From: the human T2T-CHM13v2.0 reference genome, Homo sapiens
Reading direction: 5' to 3' (one strand)
DNA: 64,000 nt
Assembly: GCF_009914755.1 (NCBI RefSeq)
Contig: NC_060947.1
This document shows, piece after piece, positions 1 through 14,233 of the stretch (positions within the stretch are counted from its first letter, which is position 1; every line of letters starts with the position of its first letter). The notes under the pieces are model-generated. The model was given only the letters and a program-made list of their open reading frames with translations. It was not told the origin of the DNA and searched no databases. A program made the position numbers and the translations under genes.

Positions 1-229
1 TGCCAGGGGAATGCAGAGAAACCAGCCAATATCCAGAAGGTGCCATCCTCTCAATTTGGGATGCTGGCGCCTCCTTGCTGTTAGTCTTTGCCATGGACTG
101 CCATAGCTGCAGCCTTCTGAGATCCTGGAAAACCCTTTTTCTGCTGTTGTTACCTTAACTTGAAGAACTCCACTGAGTCCATTTCAATATCTGTTGACCA
201 TCTGGACCTTCTGCAGAAAATAGGTCTCC

Positions 230-620
230 ATGTGTGGAAGACAGTGAAAAATTCCCATCAGCGTATGCACCATTTAACTCTCAGGAATCTCCCCCAAAGA
301 TAAATGCACAAGCAGGTTTATCACAGCTCTTTTGTGTTATGAAGACTGGAAACAACCTAAATGTCAACTGAGAGGGAATTGGCTTAGTTAATTATCCCAG
401 ATTATTACACCAAATATTACCCAGTCCTTGCAAAGGAGGACACAGGTTGGTCTGTTCTGACATGGAAAAAAATGTCCAAGGAAACTATTTAAGGGAAAAA
501 TAGGTGAAGAAGTCATTTGGCAGGAGAGAATATAGATTTTCTATATTTTCTACATGTAACATGAACTAATTTTTGTTGAGTGAGCATGTGTGTACACGTG
601 TGTGTGTTAAGAACTTAAAG
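230..620 (+). mobile_element. Ancient L1M (L1ME-like) 3' fragment
   Basis: Degenerate L1 3'-end motifs (gactggaaacaacctaaatgtc, gacatggaaa); boundaries approximate. Confidence 0.55.
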
Positions 621-2204
621 AATAAAACCAAGCATGTACCAGTTTTCTCTGATAATATTACAGAGCACTATTCATGTCTTTGTTTCAGATATCTATAATG
701 TTTTTATTTTTAAATATGTGTTACTTTTTTCAGTCAGAAAGAGACAAAAACATTTTTTTCTAAGTGTCCATCACTGGCCCTTCACCCATTCTTTTTAAAA
801 TCTTGGATTACCAATACTCAGAGGCAGCTGGACCTTGAGGCCAGTGAGTTCAGCATTTTCTAGCTATGGGGTCTGGGCATGTGACTTCGCCTTGTTGAAC
901 CTTCCTTTTATCCATCATCAACAAGCCTCATTGAGAGCCTACTCAATGCCACCCTCTGTGCCAATCCTGGGGTGACAGTGGTGGACAAAATGCTCATCCC
1001 CTTCCTACTTGGAGTTGCATCTATCGGTGTAAAATAAGGAATCTTTGCAGGGCTACTGAAAGGATTAGTAACACAAACAATTCCAGGCACATAAAAGGCC
1101 TTTGAAAACTATCGGCTGCTTAAAAAAAAAACCCAAGGAGCATGACTTAGTTAAGGTAGGATAAGTTACCTAGTGAATTGCTCCTAACTTGTAATTGCTC
1201 AATAATGAAAGCTTATGTCTTGTTTATGTAACTGTCTAGGGTGGGGGCTCCAGATCTGGCAGTTTTGTTCCATGAAATGGCCTTCCCTAGGCAGAAGAGG
1301 CTCTGCCATCTTTAACTGTGGCTTTCAAGGTGACCTTGGGACTTCACTCCATCCCAGACAGCCAGTGGATAAGAGAAGAGCTTGGAGGAAAACCTAGAAA
1401 GCTTTTATGGTTGGACCAGAGGTGCACACATCCTTTCTACTCACATCCCATTGACCAGAACTCAGGCAGATGGCCACACATACAACTGCAAGAGAGACTG
1501 GGAAATGTAGTCTATCTGGGTACCTAGGAAGATAAACAAAACAGGTTTTGGGGACTAACCAGCAATCACTACCGTAGTGAATTAGAGAGGGAAACAAATC
1601 CCTATGACTTTGTTTGTGAGTGTTTATTTGTGGCCAGTCTGCAAATAGCTGATGCTCAAAGAAGTCTTTGCTCTAGAAGTTCAGAAGCTTTTTTTTTTAT
1701 TATTTTTTTGCTGAACTTTTAGTTTTTTGGAAGAACTCTAAGAAGACATCTGTTTAAGCCTCTTTTTTATCATCAAGGTTGTCCTGCCACCGTCTGAGAT
1801 ACTACTAAAAAACAATGCCAGCCCCAAGCTCTGACTTTCACAAGATTTGAGATGCTGTCAAAAATAAATGCCAGCTCCTCAGATTCTGTGTGAAAGAGAT
1901 GCCAACACGCATCTAACTCAAACTAAAAGCTGCAGACAAGAAGCTGTACCATGCATACATTGTCACTCCTACTCCACTAAAGAACCTCACATGCGAACCA
2001 GTGAATCCATGGATTAATCATGGCAACTAAAAGGAAATATCATTTTTTCCCTTAAGCTCGCACTTTGCAGAACCAGTACTTATATGTCTGTCTGTCAGAG
2101 GCTTACATCACAGGTTCAGAAGGCTTACGATTTAATTCTACAATATGGTTTGCAGAAAGTCCATGTGTGTGGTCGAGATAGGGACAATACGTGTACAATA
2201 CGAT

Positions 2205-2400
2205 ACTATTCATTTGTTCATTTATTCATTCATCCATTCAATCAATATATATTGAGTAACTCCTCAATTATGAGCACTGTGGGTCCCGGGTTGAGGATAC
2301 CAAGATGCAAGACACATTCACTGTGTCGTGGGGGAGTCAGCTGTGTGAACACACAATTACAATGCAGCCAGACACCTGCTGCAGTGGAAGCACGTGCGAT
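2205..2400 (-). mobile_element. L2 3'-end fragment
   Basis: (CATT)n-like tail 'ttcattcatccattcaatcaatatatattgag' followed by 'gagcactgt', typical of a reverse-oriented L2 end. Confidence 0.6.
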
Positions 2401-2639
2401 GGCAGTAGAAGAAGCACAAGAAACAGATTATTAAAAAGGCCACTCAATTCTTGGTTATTTCTCTGATTTACTTGGCACAGAAGCATCAAGTAACTCATCA
2501 GAAATCTTCCTATGGCTCATTAGATGAAACGACTGGAAATGTGAAGAGAAAGGAAGTGCTCTAGGGCCCCAAGGGCTCTTTATTTATGCTGTCATTAGAA
2601 AGAAAGTGGGCAAAGTACTAGCAGCTGCAGACGTTGGAT

Positions 2640-2830
2640 CTCTCCTGTGTACTAGGCATCTTGCATACTTGTCACTCATCCTGACAGGCAGGTATCACTG
2701 CCACCCACTGTACAGTTGGCATCTCTGAGGCCAGAGAGATGAAGACACTCGTCCCATTATGTAGTAGTTGGTAGACCTGAGAATTTGGCCCCTTTGACTC
2801 TAAAGGGCGATCCCTTTCCATTGCATCCCC
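2640..2830 (-). mobile_element. MIR SINE
   Basis: Degenerate MIR core 'tacagttggcatctctgaggccagagagatgaag'. Confidence 0.6.
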
Positions 2831-5800
2831 TTACTGCCCACAGTCCATGGAAAACCAGGGAGAACAGACCCAGTGGACAGAGGGAGGCTTAGTCTCACTG
2901 CGAGGGAGAGGCAGCAAAGGATGGTGGAAGGCGTTAGTCTCAGGAGCTGATGCTCACCCCCTGGGAGTAATATGAGGATAAACTGTCGTCATTCATTCAT
3001 TGATTCAACATTTATATTAAGGAACTGCTAGGTTCCACATGCTTGGGGGATATGACAGTCAGTAGAAGAAGAGAAATAAATATGCTAAAAATTTCTTTGT
3101 CACCCATGAGAAGTAATAAAACAGGTACCTTTTCATTTTTGATGTTAATGATTAGGGAAACATAAATGATCGGCAAAGTTTTGAGAAAATCAATTTAAGC
3201 ACAAGAAGACTTTGAATTGTAAAGCTCCAAACTCCTGGAGAAGATAAAGAATATATGTATAGGAAAAAAAAAAAAAAAAAGACTGTGAGGACATGAACCA
3301 AAATGGTGATAGTGGCAATCTCTGGGTGGTAAGAATGCGAATGATATTTATTCTCTTCTTGCTATCTTCTCATACTTGTAAATGTTTTAAAGTAAGTATG
3401 TCTACTTTTATGATCATAGAAAAACAAGATTTACTACCAAGGTAAAGAAAATAAAACTCCAAAAAGCCAGAAGAGAAGGATTCCTGTGTTTCATCCCTTT
3501 CTCTCCTGGCACGTAGGCGGTGACCAGCATGTCAGCCAGACAGCTATGCCTCACTCCTATAGTAACACCCAATGATATCTTATTTCAACACACTGCCTGA
3601 TTATTTCAGAACTCACTCGCAGGAGTAGCCACAGGAGGAAATATGCACTCATCACTGAGATATTAGGGACTGAATCCTGAAACTTGATTTTTCATTAGGG
3701 CATTATGCCATTTTTCAATTAAGACAGGTTCATCTTTTTTTTTTTTAAAGTGCTGATGTGTAAAATCTCATTTCCTTCCTTAGCACACTTGCCTGTGGGT
3801 TTTGTTTGTAATGCATTTCCATGCACTCCAACGAGTGGCAGAGAAACTGAGCTCGTGAGCTGTGTTGCGACAGTGCTCCTGGTGCTGGAAAGGAAACTGC
3901 AGCTCTGTGAGAACAATGCTCTGGAAAATCTGTAAAACCCAGTTGAACACACCTAAGGTTTGCATGAAAGGGCAGACATTACTCATGGCAGCTTTGACAG
4001 TGAGAATGGAGACAGAAAAGCCATCCAACCCTTCAGCAATGAATGTGCCTGGATGAACTGATCAGGTCTAATCTAGAAGCCAAGGAAGAACTGTCTAATG
4101 TCTTGATACAGTGGATTCATTGCATTATCTTTTTATTAAAAGTATTTTCCATGTTCTTGAATAAAAAAAAAGATTCTGACCCTACTCCCTCAAGTATTAA
4201 ATCTAGAAATGAAAATATCCTCACTCAAACTAACAGGGTCTGTGAGGGGCTTAGGTTCTTAACATAAGATTCTATTTCCTGCTAGAAATATTGTTTCAGA
4301 AAAAATAGAAGCTATGATAGAAGGGCCACAGGAAACATCTGTGTATACAAACAGGCCAGCTCACTAGGAATAAAAATGCATTATGCATCACGAAAGTCTA
4401 AATATTTTTATTAACATGGTTTGTTAACTAAGAACTGAGAAATAAGGTTCCCTAAGAGTACCCCATCAAATGCTTTCTTCAATATTTCATTTTATTCTTA
4501 GGAGAGAAGTTGCTTGGGAATCTTATCTTAGATTTTTGCAATGAGTTTTCTATTAAAACTTATTTCTTTTCCATTTCAGGCAGAGCAAAGCTCTGGGCCA
4601 AGAGGGTTAGGGAATTTGTTTCATAAAACTGACAGCTTGGCGAGTATTCAATCACTCGGCACTCCACAGCCCAGGAGAACAAATAAGTCCTTTGCTGATG
4701 CCGCTCCAGACACATTACGATGTATGTTCCATAGCTTGATTCCCACCTTCCCACTTTTTGCCTCCTGCAGCAAAAAGAAAAGGAGGCAGAATGCACATAG
4801 AAAAATACAATGAAACCTACGAAGAAGAGAAATTCATCAATCATACTCTCATTTGGAAGTTGGAGAAAAATGTCCTCGTTGGATATGCTATTGCTGTTTT
4901 AGTCGCTGTGCCTGGCCTTACCTTCCAGAAGGCCAGTTGATTCAGAGGACTCCCAGCCATTATATTGTCCTATTCTTGGTGCTCCCAGACATGTGTCTTT
5001 GCAAGCTCTGACAGAGGCTTTAATAAGGCAGATAAAGCAAGCTTGGTGGCTGCCTTTGGCCCAGGTGGTGCCAAGAACAGGTTACTGGCTTGCAGCCTGG
5101 GCATTGTCTTGGGCAGAAGAGACCAGCCTGCCCCAAACCCTATACCAGCAAGAACCCAGCTTGGAAACTTCCTGTTTAACAAGCCTAACTCACAGCAGCC
5201 AGAGAAAGAAAACCATTACAAAATTTCTGCTCCCACCCTCTCCATCAAAACAAATCACAGGACTGGATTTTTTTGGTACTCATACACAAAGCTATGATTT
5301 AAAAATCCCTGCATGTGATACAACAAATCTATGCTGTTAAAAGATAGTGGCTATTGTTGGTGAGGATAATGAAGAGGGCATGAAGAAGCTTCCAGGGGCT
5401 GGTGCAGTCTGTGTCTCCTTCAGGGCACTGGTGACATCGGTGTGCTGTTTGTGAAAATTCTTCAAGATGTACACTTAATAATATATGCAATTTTGTGTAT
5501 GTATGTAAGAATTTTAGACAAAAATCCACAAATAAAAATTTGTGTTAGATAATTTTTAACACATCTCCCATCCATATAGCTGGCTTTAAAAACCAAACAT
5601 TACCAAGGAAAGAATAAACCATGTCACCCTACTGCTTAAAAATTGACCTATTTGAAGTGTGTGTGAAATAGACAACCTTTTAAAAATGCTGATGCTATTA
5701 TTTAAGTTCTAATATCTACTCCTCATACAGTGGTACAGAGTGCCACAAATGAACAAGAAGACTCATTTTCTCTCTCAGACTCATTTTAGGAGGGCAGGGT

Positions 5801-6856
5801 ATCATTGAGGGCACTTTCCAAAGACCTAAGTCCCATTTGGGGTGGTTCTCAACTATCTGAACCACATGGCCATGGCCGAGGAATCTTATTCTTGCCTTTT
5901 TCACATCTTCCTCTAGTTTTCCCTTTCGCTTTTATTTCCCTGAACTGAATTCCTCCTAGACCACCCTCCATATTCTAGTTGTTGAGAGTTCAGGTGCCAC
6001 CACGAGAATAAACTCTGAGTGCTTTTCCCTGTCACTGGTGTCCTAAGATGAGTGTGTCACCTCACTCTGCATTTCTCTTTGTATTTCTGAATGTACCTGA
6101 AGGCTTGCACCAGGACCCAACAGGAAAAATCCCTTTCATTAGCTTCCTACTCCAAGCTCTCCACTTTGTACCATTTACAACATGTTGCCTGTTTATTTAC
6201 TGAGGTTTGCTTTGCAAGAGAAATCTTTGGGATGGGGGTGGAGAAAGGAAGCTTTTGAAAACTTAAAATTTTTTAAATTTGGTTTCAGTAGAGTGATGAA
6301 TAATGGAGGATTACAGTTGCTTTGCAAAATTAAAATCTGAATGGTCTACTGCTACACAAGAGTCTGCATCTTGCTGCTCCTAGAAAAATAAAAAGTCTTT
6401 TCTAATCATGATTTTAAGGACGTAGGAATGCATTATGTAAAGAAAGTGTTTTTCTCACTCAAGACTCAGTTTAACATATTTCCATGTCCAGTTAAGGACT
6501 TTCAAGTCCCAGATTCCAGCAGGACTGAAGGATTTGTTCACTCATCTGAAATTCAACTGAAATATCTAGACAGGCATCAGATGGGTGGGATAACAAGAAT
6601 GGCATAGGGCGGTCTAGTTTCCAGGAAGACAGGGTAAGGATCTCAGGCTCCTATTTTAAGAGAAGTGCTTCAGTTGGAACCAGAGAAGCTATTGGAAAGG
6701 GTTTCGGATATGTTCTTGCCTTTTCTATTCCCAAGCTCCTTTTCTTCTCTGTGGTGGCATCCCCATACTGATGCCAGTTCAGGTGGAAGTAAATCTCCAC
6801 TGCTTTGGTTCCAATCAGCTCAGCCATCCATGTTGCAACATTTCCCCTGGCAGGTG

Positions 6857-6973
6857 GGGTGACTCACTCACCATGGTTTGCCCAGGACTGTCCGAGTTTT
6901 AAAACTGAAAGTCCTGTGTCTTAAGCACCCTCTCAATCCCAGGCAAATGAGGACAGGATGGGTGGTCATGCTA
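6857..6973. mobile_element. MER81-like hAT (Blackjack) MITE
   Basis: 'gggtgac...ggtttgcccaggactgtccgagttttaaaactgaaagtcc...cccaggcaaa...tggtcatgcta' with terminal inverted repeats. Confidence 0.7.
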
Positions 6974-7355
6974 GCAGCAGGCCACCAGCTAAACCCCTCT
7001 CCCCTAGCTGGGCCCAGTCAAAGCCTGAACCAGCAGGCTCACCCAAAGTCCCCTCCTGCTTACAGAGTCTGACCTATTTAAAGCGTATGTATTTGTGAAG
7101 TGCATTTAAAGCTGCGGACTGAAGGTGCTCCTGGCTGTTGACTATGTCTGTCAGGTTTTGTTTTTGTCCCCAGAATGGCTTCAAAAGGCTCTTCTGACCC
7201 ATCAATTTGTTTTCATTGCATTTCCTTCAGAACTGAGGGCTCAGAATAGGATTGCCTAGGCCATACCAAGATTTTCTGACTACTCACCTAGGCCTGGCTG
7301 CAGGGGGAGGGGAGGCCCAGATACCCACTCTCTCCCTTCTTCTGAGTTTCCTGAC

Positions 7356-7369
7356 CCACCAGGGGGCCC
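7356..7369 (+). promoter_or_regulatory. Candidate CTCF site
   Basis: CCACCAGGGGGCCC closely matches the CTCF core CCACCAGGGGGCGC; motif match only. Confidence 0.4.
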
Positions 7370-7417
7370 AAAAGACAGAAACCAGGGTGCTGTCATCATT
7401 TAGTCTGTCTATCAGCC

Positions 7418-7775
7418 TAATATGATTTGGCTATGTCCCTATCCAAATCTCACCTTGAATTGTAATAATCTGCATGTGTCAAGGGCAGGGCCAGGTGGAC
7501 ATAATTGAATCATGGGAGTGGTTTCCCCCATACTGTTCTCATGGTAGTGAATAAGTCTCAAGAGATTTGATGGTTTTATAGATGGGAGTTCCCCTGCACA
7601 AGCTCTCTCTTGCCTGCCACCATGTAAGATGTCCCTTTGCTCTTCCTTAGTCTTCCACCATGATTGTGAGGCCTCCCCAGCCATGTGGAACTGTGAGTCC
7701 ATTAAATCTCTTTCCTTTATAAATTACCCAGTCTCAAGTATGTCTTTATTAGCAGCATGAGAACAGACTAATACA
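7418..7775 (+). mobile_element. THE1 (THE1C-like) MaLR solo LTR
   Basis: Near-consensus THE1 from 'taatatgatttggct' to 'cagactaataca'; imperfect 5-bp TSD cagcc/aagcc; antisense to the host gene. Confidence 0.9.
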
Positions 7776-9859
7776 AAGCCATCACCAAGCCTCAGAGAGG
7801 CAGCCTCCTAAGATTCTTTCTGAATCCAGCCACTAGCCTCCCCATCCGCTGCACTCCTCTACTTCGGTTCTTCCTTGCCTCTCTTTCTGGGTTACTGCAA
7901 CAGGGCCTTTTTGGTCTTCATTCCCTCCACCGTCCCCATCCCCCACCCTCCAGTACATCTCCACTGGGAAAAAGACCAAACACATAAACTAGGTCACCTC
8001 AAAAGCCTCCTGAAAACTGCTCAGGATGAAGTCCAAGGTCTTTATCAAGGCACACAAGACCCATTATGATGTGGGCCCTGCCCACCTTTTCTGCTCATCA
8101 CTCAGAACTGGCCCTTTTGCTGCCTCTGTTTCTTCATCCCACAAATGAAAATAGCTGTTTCTGAAAGTGACCGTGTAGTTGAAGTGAAAGCACATATATT
8201 AAAGCCCTGCAGTGGTTCAACTCCATCTTAGGTTTGGAGAACATGGAGTCCTTTGCCCCCAGCCACAGAAGTGGTCAAAAGGAATGAAGGGGAAGGGTGG
8301 AGCACTTGGCATAGCCCTCTGCAGAAAGCAACGAATTTGAAGGCAGCAAATAAGTATCCATATGGATGGGGGAATGAAGAGCTTCCTGTCCAAATATCCA
8401 CAGTGGAGTTAACAGCGGGTTTGGCTGACTAGAGGAAAGCAGGCCTCAGCCCCTGGTGATGATGGTGACAAAGACCAGAGAGGGCCAGAGCTCTGGGACC
8501 CACTACATGCTGGTATTTACTGAGCCGCTCATGGGTAGATGGCAGAGAGCTAAGTGGTAGGAAAATGGAAGTATTAAAAGCCCAAGGAATTTACATTTCA
8601 ACACCAATTAATGGGGACAGAGCCTCTATAATAATGCAAAAGAGGACTTAACTTCATGCCTTTGGAGACTTACTTTTGGAAACAGACAAACTGAGGGAAA
8701 CTTGTGTGTTAGCACTTTTTTGTTCAATCTATTATCAGCATCTAAGTGCTGCCAGGAGCCAAGGAGGGCTGGACTGTCATAGACTGTGATTAAAATGAGC
8801 TTTAGGAAGTGCTGCCTGGCTCAAGAGAATGAATGTTGGTTTGAGACCAAGCCACAAAAAAAGACACATGATTTCTGCTCTCAAATAAAACAAAAAATGA
8901 AAAAAAAAAAAAGGGTAGGGGAGGGAGAGACAGAGAGAAAAGAAAAAAGCTTAGTCTCTGTGGGGGAAAACAGAAGATTTGTGCATACTCAGAAAAAAAT
9001 ATTCCATACCACTCTTTCATTTTACAAATATTCATAAGAAAAACAGCTCAACAGCTGCTTTGGTGAGTAACCTCAACTACTTCTTTCCACCTGTATCTAA
9101 AAAAAAAAAAAAACAAGAACATTCTTAGCACTGCTGAAATGGAGATCAAGTGTTAAGGTGGCTGACATCACAATCTCCTTCCAGGGACCTTTCCAGACCT
9201 TCCCTGGCCTCCTGGCCACTCACACCCCCTCACCTCTACCCCTGCCCCAGGGAGGCTGGCTTTTGCCCTCCAAAATGGACAAAGACTTTAATTAGGGTGA
9301 AGAAATAAGTGTAGGGGCATGGAGGGGTGGGGGAAAACCCAGCTTCATTATCTGTCTGTCTCACTCTTTCCTAGTCAACTTTTCTGCCCTGTTTAATTAC
9401 AGAGAACAGCAAATTGGACAGCAAATGGGCCTCTCTGCCTGGGCTTGCCCTAGATTGCTAGGGTGGTCAGGCAGTTCCTAGAGCCCATGCTTCTTCCTTC
9501 ACCCGCAACTGGCTCTCCACCCTCTTCCTCCCAAAAGATCCCAAATTAAAATGAATGCATTCAAGAACAATTGCTAAGGAAGTGACCAAATCTAACAGTC
9601 GCCCAAATAAAGCTGGGATGACGACGAGAGGGTAAGCTCTTCAGGACAGCAGTGGGAAGGAAGCTTCTCCCTGCTGACTTGAGCCAGCGACCACTGCTCC
9701 CTGAGGTACAGAGGCAATTCTAATGCACACTTGCCCTTGAGAACTGCTGGCTACAGGCCTCTGAGAAAAAGCAGAGCTGTGTTTTGTCTAGAGGGAGGAA
9801 GAGAGATGTAAAGTCTGCAGAGAGCAGACAGACGGAATGGTGCGGTGAAACAAGCATAT

Positions 9860-10215
9860 TCTAGAGCTGCTACCAAAGTGTACATTCAGTAAAATCCACT
9901 TCCTCAGCCACTTACTTGTAGCTAGTGGCTACCATACTGGACTGTGCATAACATTTCCATCATTGCAGAAAGTTCTACTGAACCACGCTGTACAGAATCC
10001 CAGTTCCACCTCCTGTAAGTGGTGTGATCTTGTGTAAGTTACTAAACGTATCCAAGCCTCTGATTCCTTCTCTGTGAAATAGAGTTCATAATACGTATAC
10101 CTACCTCATATGGTTGTTATGGAGCTGGAAATAAAATAATATATGTAAATCACTTGGTACCACTGTCCAGCCTATAGCAGGAGCTTGATAAATGAGAGGT
10201 AATATAATTGCTTTT
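9860..10215. mobile_element. MER3-like hAT fragment adjoining a MIR
   Basis: 'gtagctagtggctaccatactggac...acatttccatcattgcagaaagttctac' (MER3), then MIR 'aagttactaaac...gcctctgattccttctctgtgaaat'. Confidence 0.7.
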
Positions 10216-13200
10216 ATGATTTCATGAGCAGTCATTGGAGGATGTTTCCTAACAGAATGGACATTCTGCATTGGCTAGGATGGACCCGTTCCACTATGTT
10301 TGAGTTGTACGTTCCAAAGCTTGGGTAAGTGGCTCAGTTCTCAACAGGATAAGTAGTAGTGTAATTCTGAAGCAATACCCACTTGCTGGCAGGCCAGAAA
10401 GGTGGTATCCTGACCCAGAGTGGTAAGAGACTTGTAGTAAGGCTGCAATTCTTGAAACCAGAAAGCCTCATTTTGTGAAAGGCTTCCTTTTCTTCTCTTT
10501 TTTTCTTTTCTTCTCTCTCTTTCTCTCTCACATTAAACTCAAGCCTTCCATTTTCTTCATCTAGAAAGATGTCCAAGATACCCCATAACCTTTTTGGAAA
10601 TCTCCCCTCATATGAGAAAACAAACAAAACCCAGCACAGAGAAGTTGTAAAACCTGTAGACGCCCTCCCATGATGCCTTACTGAATGCCAGTCGAAGCTC
10701 TAGGACAGGAGAAATGGGCTGGGAAAGTAGAAAGGGCTTCATATGTGGACTTTTATTCAACCTTATTAGGGAATAAGGGGCCACTGAATGTTCTTGAGCT
10801 AGGGTGACAAGACTAGAGAGGTGCTTTAGCAGGAGGAAGCTGATGCAGGCCTGTGGAACGGCAGCTGGGGGAGCAATGCAACAAATCATGCAGAGCAGTG
10901 AGGAGAACAGGGTCACACCGGGGAGCCTTTTGAGGCCTGTGCTCATGACAGCAGTGGGCATGGCTGAGGAGAGGGTGAAGGGGGTCAAGCCCACGAGAAC
11001 CGGCAATGGCGCTGACATTGGGAGTCAGGGATAAAGGGCCCAGGCTCTCAGCATTGAGGCTGCACGCTTGTGCGTTCATGTTCAAGAGGCCAGTTTTGCC
11101 CCCTCAAACTCCTCCAAAGAAGCAATTCCATTCTTCACGTGGGCTTAGGACAAAGCCAGCTCTCTATGAGTGAGGGGTCAGAAGAGCTGAGTAAAGAAGG
11201 GACTCAGGGAAGCGGTCCCAGGATCCTTCCTCAGGTTGCTGTTTCTGGCTTAGGAATCATAACAAAGCCTCCCCTTCCAGGTCTACTTGGGCCTCCTGGG
11301 TGAACCTCAGACTTTTGAATGTTATGGATGAGTAGCATTTTTAAAATGAAGGATCCAATATGAGTTAGAAAACTTCTGACTTTGTTAAATCAAGATGTCA
11401 AAATACAAATGTCATCCACTATCTCTTGATAAGTCGTAAGAGAAAGTTTCACACCAAGGACAGTGGGAAAGATCATTTTGGAATACAGGGCAGTTTTGTA
11501 AAGTGGAAAAGGTTTAGCTTTAAACAAAATAAATTTACTGCATTTTCACTTTTCTTCCACTTCACTGTGAGGGGGCAGAAATCCTGTCCGATACAGGCAG
11601 TGGTCTGCAAACCTGGTCTGTGGGGACCACTGGCTTATGGGACATTCTAAGATGTTTCCCCTTGCAGTTTTGGCTGTAAGCTTCAGCCCTGATGACCTCA
11701 AATCCAGCTGCTCAGCCTCTATGAGCACAAACAAAGCTTGGGGTTTCTGGTGTGGCTGTGTCGAACATGGAAGGGCAGGGCAGAATTGGCCTTTTCTAAC
11801 CTTCTTAAAATGCCAGTGATAGACCAAAAAGGATCTTAGAACAAATGGCCCCATATTGATATTTTCACATTCAATAATTTTATATTTGGTCTAGAGGGCT
11901 AGTGATTCTTTTTTTCATAAAAGGAAATTGCATCCAGAGCTAATTGCTCAATCTGAAATGGATCTGGACATTGTTTAGATGTTGGAAAGGAAACGGTAAC
12001 ATTGTAGAGCTTTCACAAAGAGGGGAGCATTATTTTAGAACAAAATTTAAATGGAAATTAATAGGAAATGTAACTCTGTATGGTTTTCAAAGCTTTGATG
12101 TGCATAGTCGAAAGAGTATCCCTATTCTGTGCTTTCCTTGACATTTTTCTTGTTTATAAAATGCAATAGGAAATTCATCGGCACAGGCTCAATCCATTCC
12201 CATCCATTGATTGCTAGCCAATCAATGACCATTGTAATCTGAAAAAAAGTAACACTGGTTTCTATGACCCTTTCCAAGCACAGCACTGTTTAGCTAAGCT
12301 TAATAAAGAGAAAAACAGCAAGGACCATCTGGAAAACACTCTTCCGGAGTCTCGAAAGATAGTGGCAGCCTCTGCCCAACCTGCTATAAATAAGTGTCTC
12401 AGAAACAAAACAAAACAAAAAAAACACCCGATTTTCAAATCTGTTTCTACTTAATACAGCTGCAATAGGGTTTATTTAGCTTTTCCCTATAGAAGGAAGA
12501 CTGTTTGCATTTTTATGACAAGTTCCTAAATGTTTTTCACAGCCATTTCCATTGCCATTATTTTGAGGAACAACATACCACTCAGATCTGTCTGTTTGCT
12601 TCTGCACACACAGCGGTGGCCCCAGTGGCCTCTGCACCACGAAACTGGCCTCCAACGCCCAGATTTATGATCCTATTTCCTCTCCCAGTGTTGCAACCAT
12701 CACCTGAATCCTGGCCTGCAACGGACTGGCAACTTAGAATGTCCAAGTGTCACGTGCTACAAATCAATTATTTATCCGCCTGAGCCCAGCACACTGTGGA
12801 TCCCTACCAGCTTGTTGCCTCTCTCTTCATGGCGACAAGGAAGACTTCAACTACTCTTCAAGAGATGCTGGAACTCACCAATGAAGTGTCGCTGGCTTGC
12901 CAAATCCCTCAATGCTCACCTTTCCATTTTTCCTCACTGGCTAGTATGCAAGGGAATCCTACACATGACACTCTTTGGAAAAGGTCAGCCTACCTTGGAT
13001 GGCTGCAAAATGAAGTGGCCTATGTTGACTTCTGCACTGAACAACTGCCCCTATCCTTCACCAGCATCCCCTGCTCCCATATCACTCTCAGAGGCTGGCA
13101 GGGGAGGGCTAACTGGGGAACACTTTCCCTGTATAATGAGTGATCCACTTCTCTGCCCTCTCCCTGCCCCCCAAACACCCATTCCATTTCCATGTATGGG

Positions 13201-14036
13201 CAGGGCATGGTTTGCCCGCATGACACCTTCCTTGTGTAAGGCATGACCCTCCTTTCTAGCCTTTCAAGGGACTACCAGAAAGAATATGGCTGAGGGCTTG
13301 TCCTGGTGGCAACATTTCATCTGCTGTTGCTGCCTGTAGGCATTACCAGGTGCTAGCTGCCTGAAGGAGAATTGCTTCAAGGAAACAAATGTGTGTAAAA
13401 GGAAACAAAATTGCCAGGGGTGATGGGGGCTACCTGAATTTCAATCATTACGAAAAATGATCCATCTACCGAGAAAGTACTGTTGACTTTCTCTCTCAAT
13501 AGTACTGGAAAACATGGAATTTAGTGGTGGGTAAAGGGCTGCTACAATCTGAAATGAGTCCATTACAATATTACGAGCAGAGCTCTCACAAGTACACTAA
13601 ATGGCTAAATCAATTGGCTCGGGCTTAAGATGCTACCGGAGAAATGACAGTGGGGAGGGGCTGGGGGTGGGGGAAGATGCCTGCTGACTTTGAAGTCATG
13701 CCTGGAATCAGGTGCATATGAAAAAGAAATTAGGGAGGAATAAACCTGTTCTCTTTATGAAAAACCAGAGAAGCCACTAGTTCTTACAATGTGCCCCCCA
13801 ATCACCTATGACTTATAAAATTGCCTGCCTTGAAAAAGTCTCTATGCTTATACAATCTTATAGACCCTTCCACCAACCTTAGAATTAAATCACGCACATG
13901 ACCCACTTCCAACCGTTAATTAATCATGCCCATGAATTGTATTTATAAAAGTCAGAGGGGGAAAATTGTGTCTTTTATTATGTCAAATGGAATTTTCCAA
14001 AAAAACACAAAGTACTTATTAAATTTTGGTCTAGAC

Positions 14037-14233
14037 AAGTGGTCTTCAACAGGGCTAATTTTGTCCCAGAGGGGACATTTGGCAAGGTCTAGGGTAGGAG
14101 GATGTGGTGTTAACGGTATCTAGTGGGTGGAGGCCAGGGATACTGCTGAACATCTTAAGGTGCATGGGACAGTCCCCTGCAACAAACAATTCTCTGGTCT
14201 AAAATGTCAACAGGGCCAAGGTGAAGAAACCAT
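14037..14233 (+). mobile_element. MER20 DNA transposon
   Basis: 'agtggtcttcaac...ggggacatttggcaa...gaggccagggatactgctgaacatc...aaaatgtcaacagggccaagg'. Confidence 0.85.
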
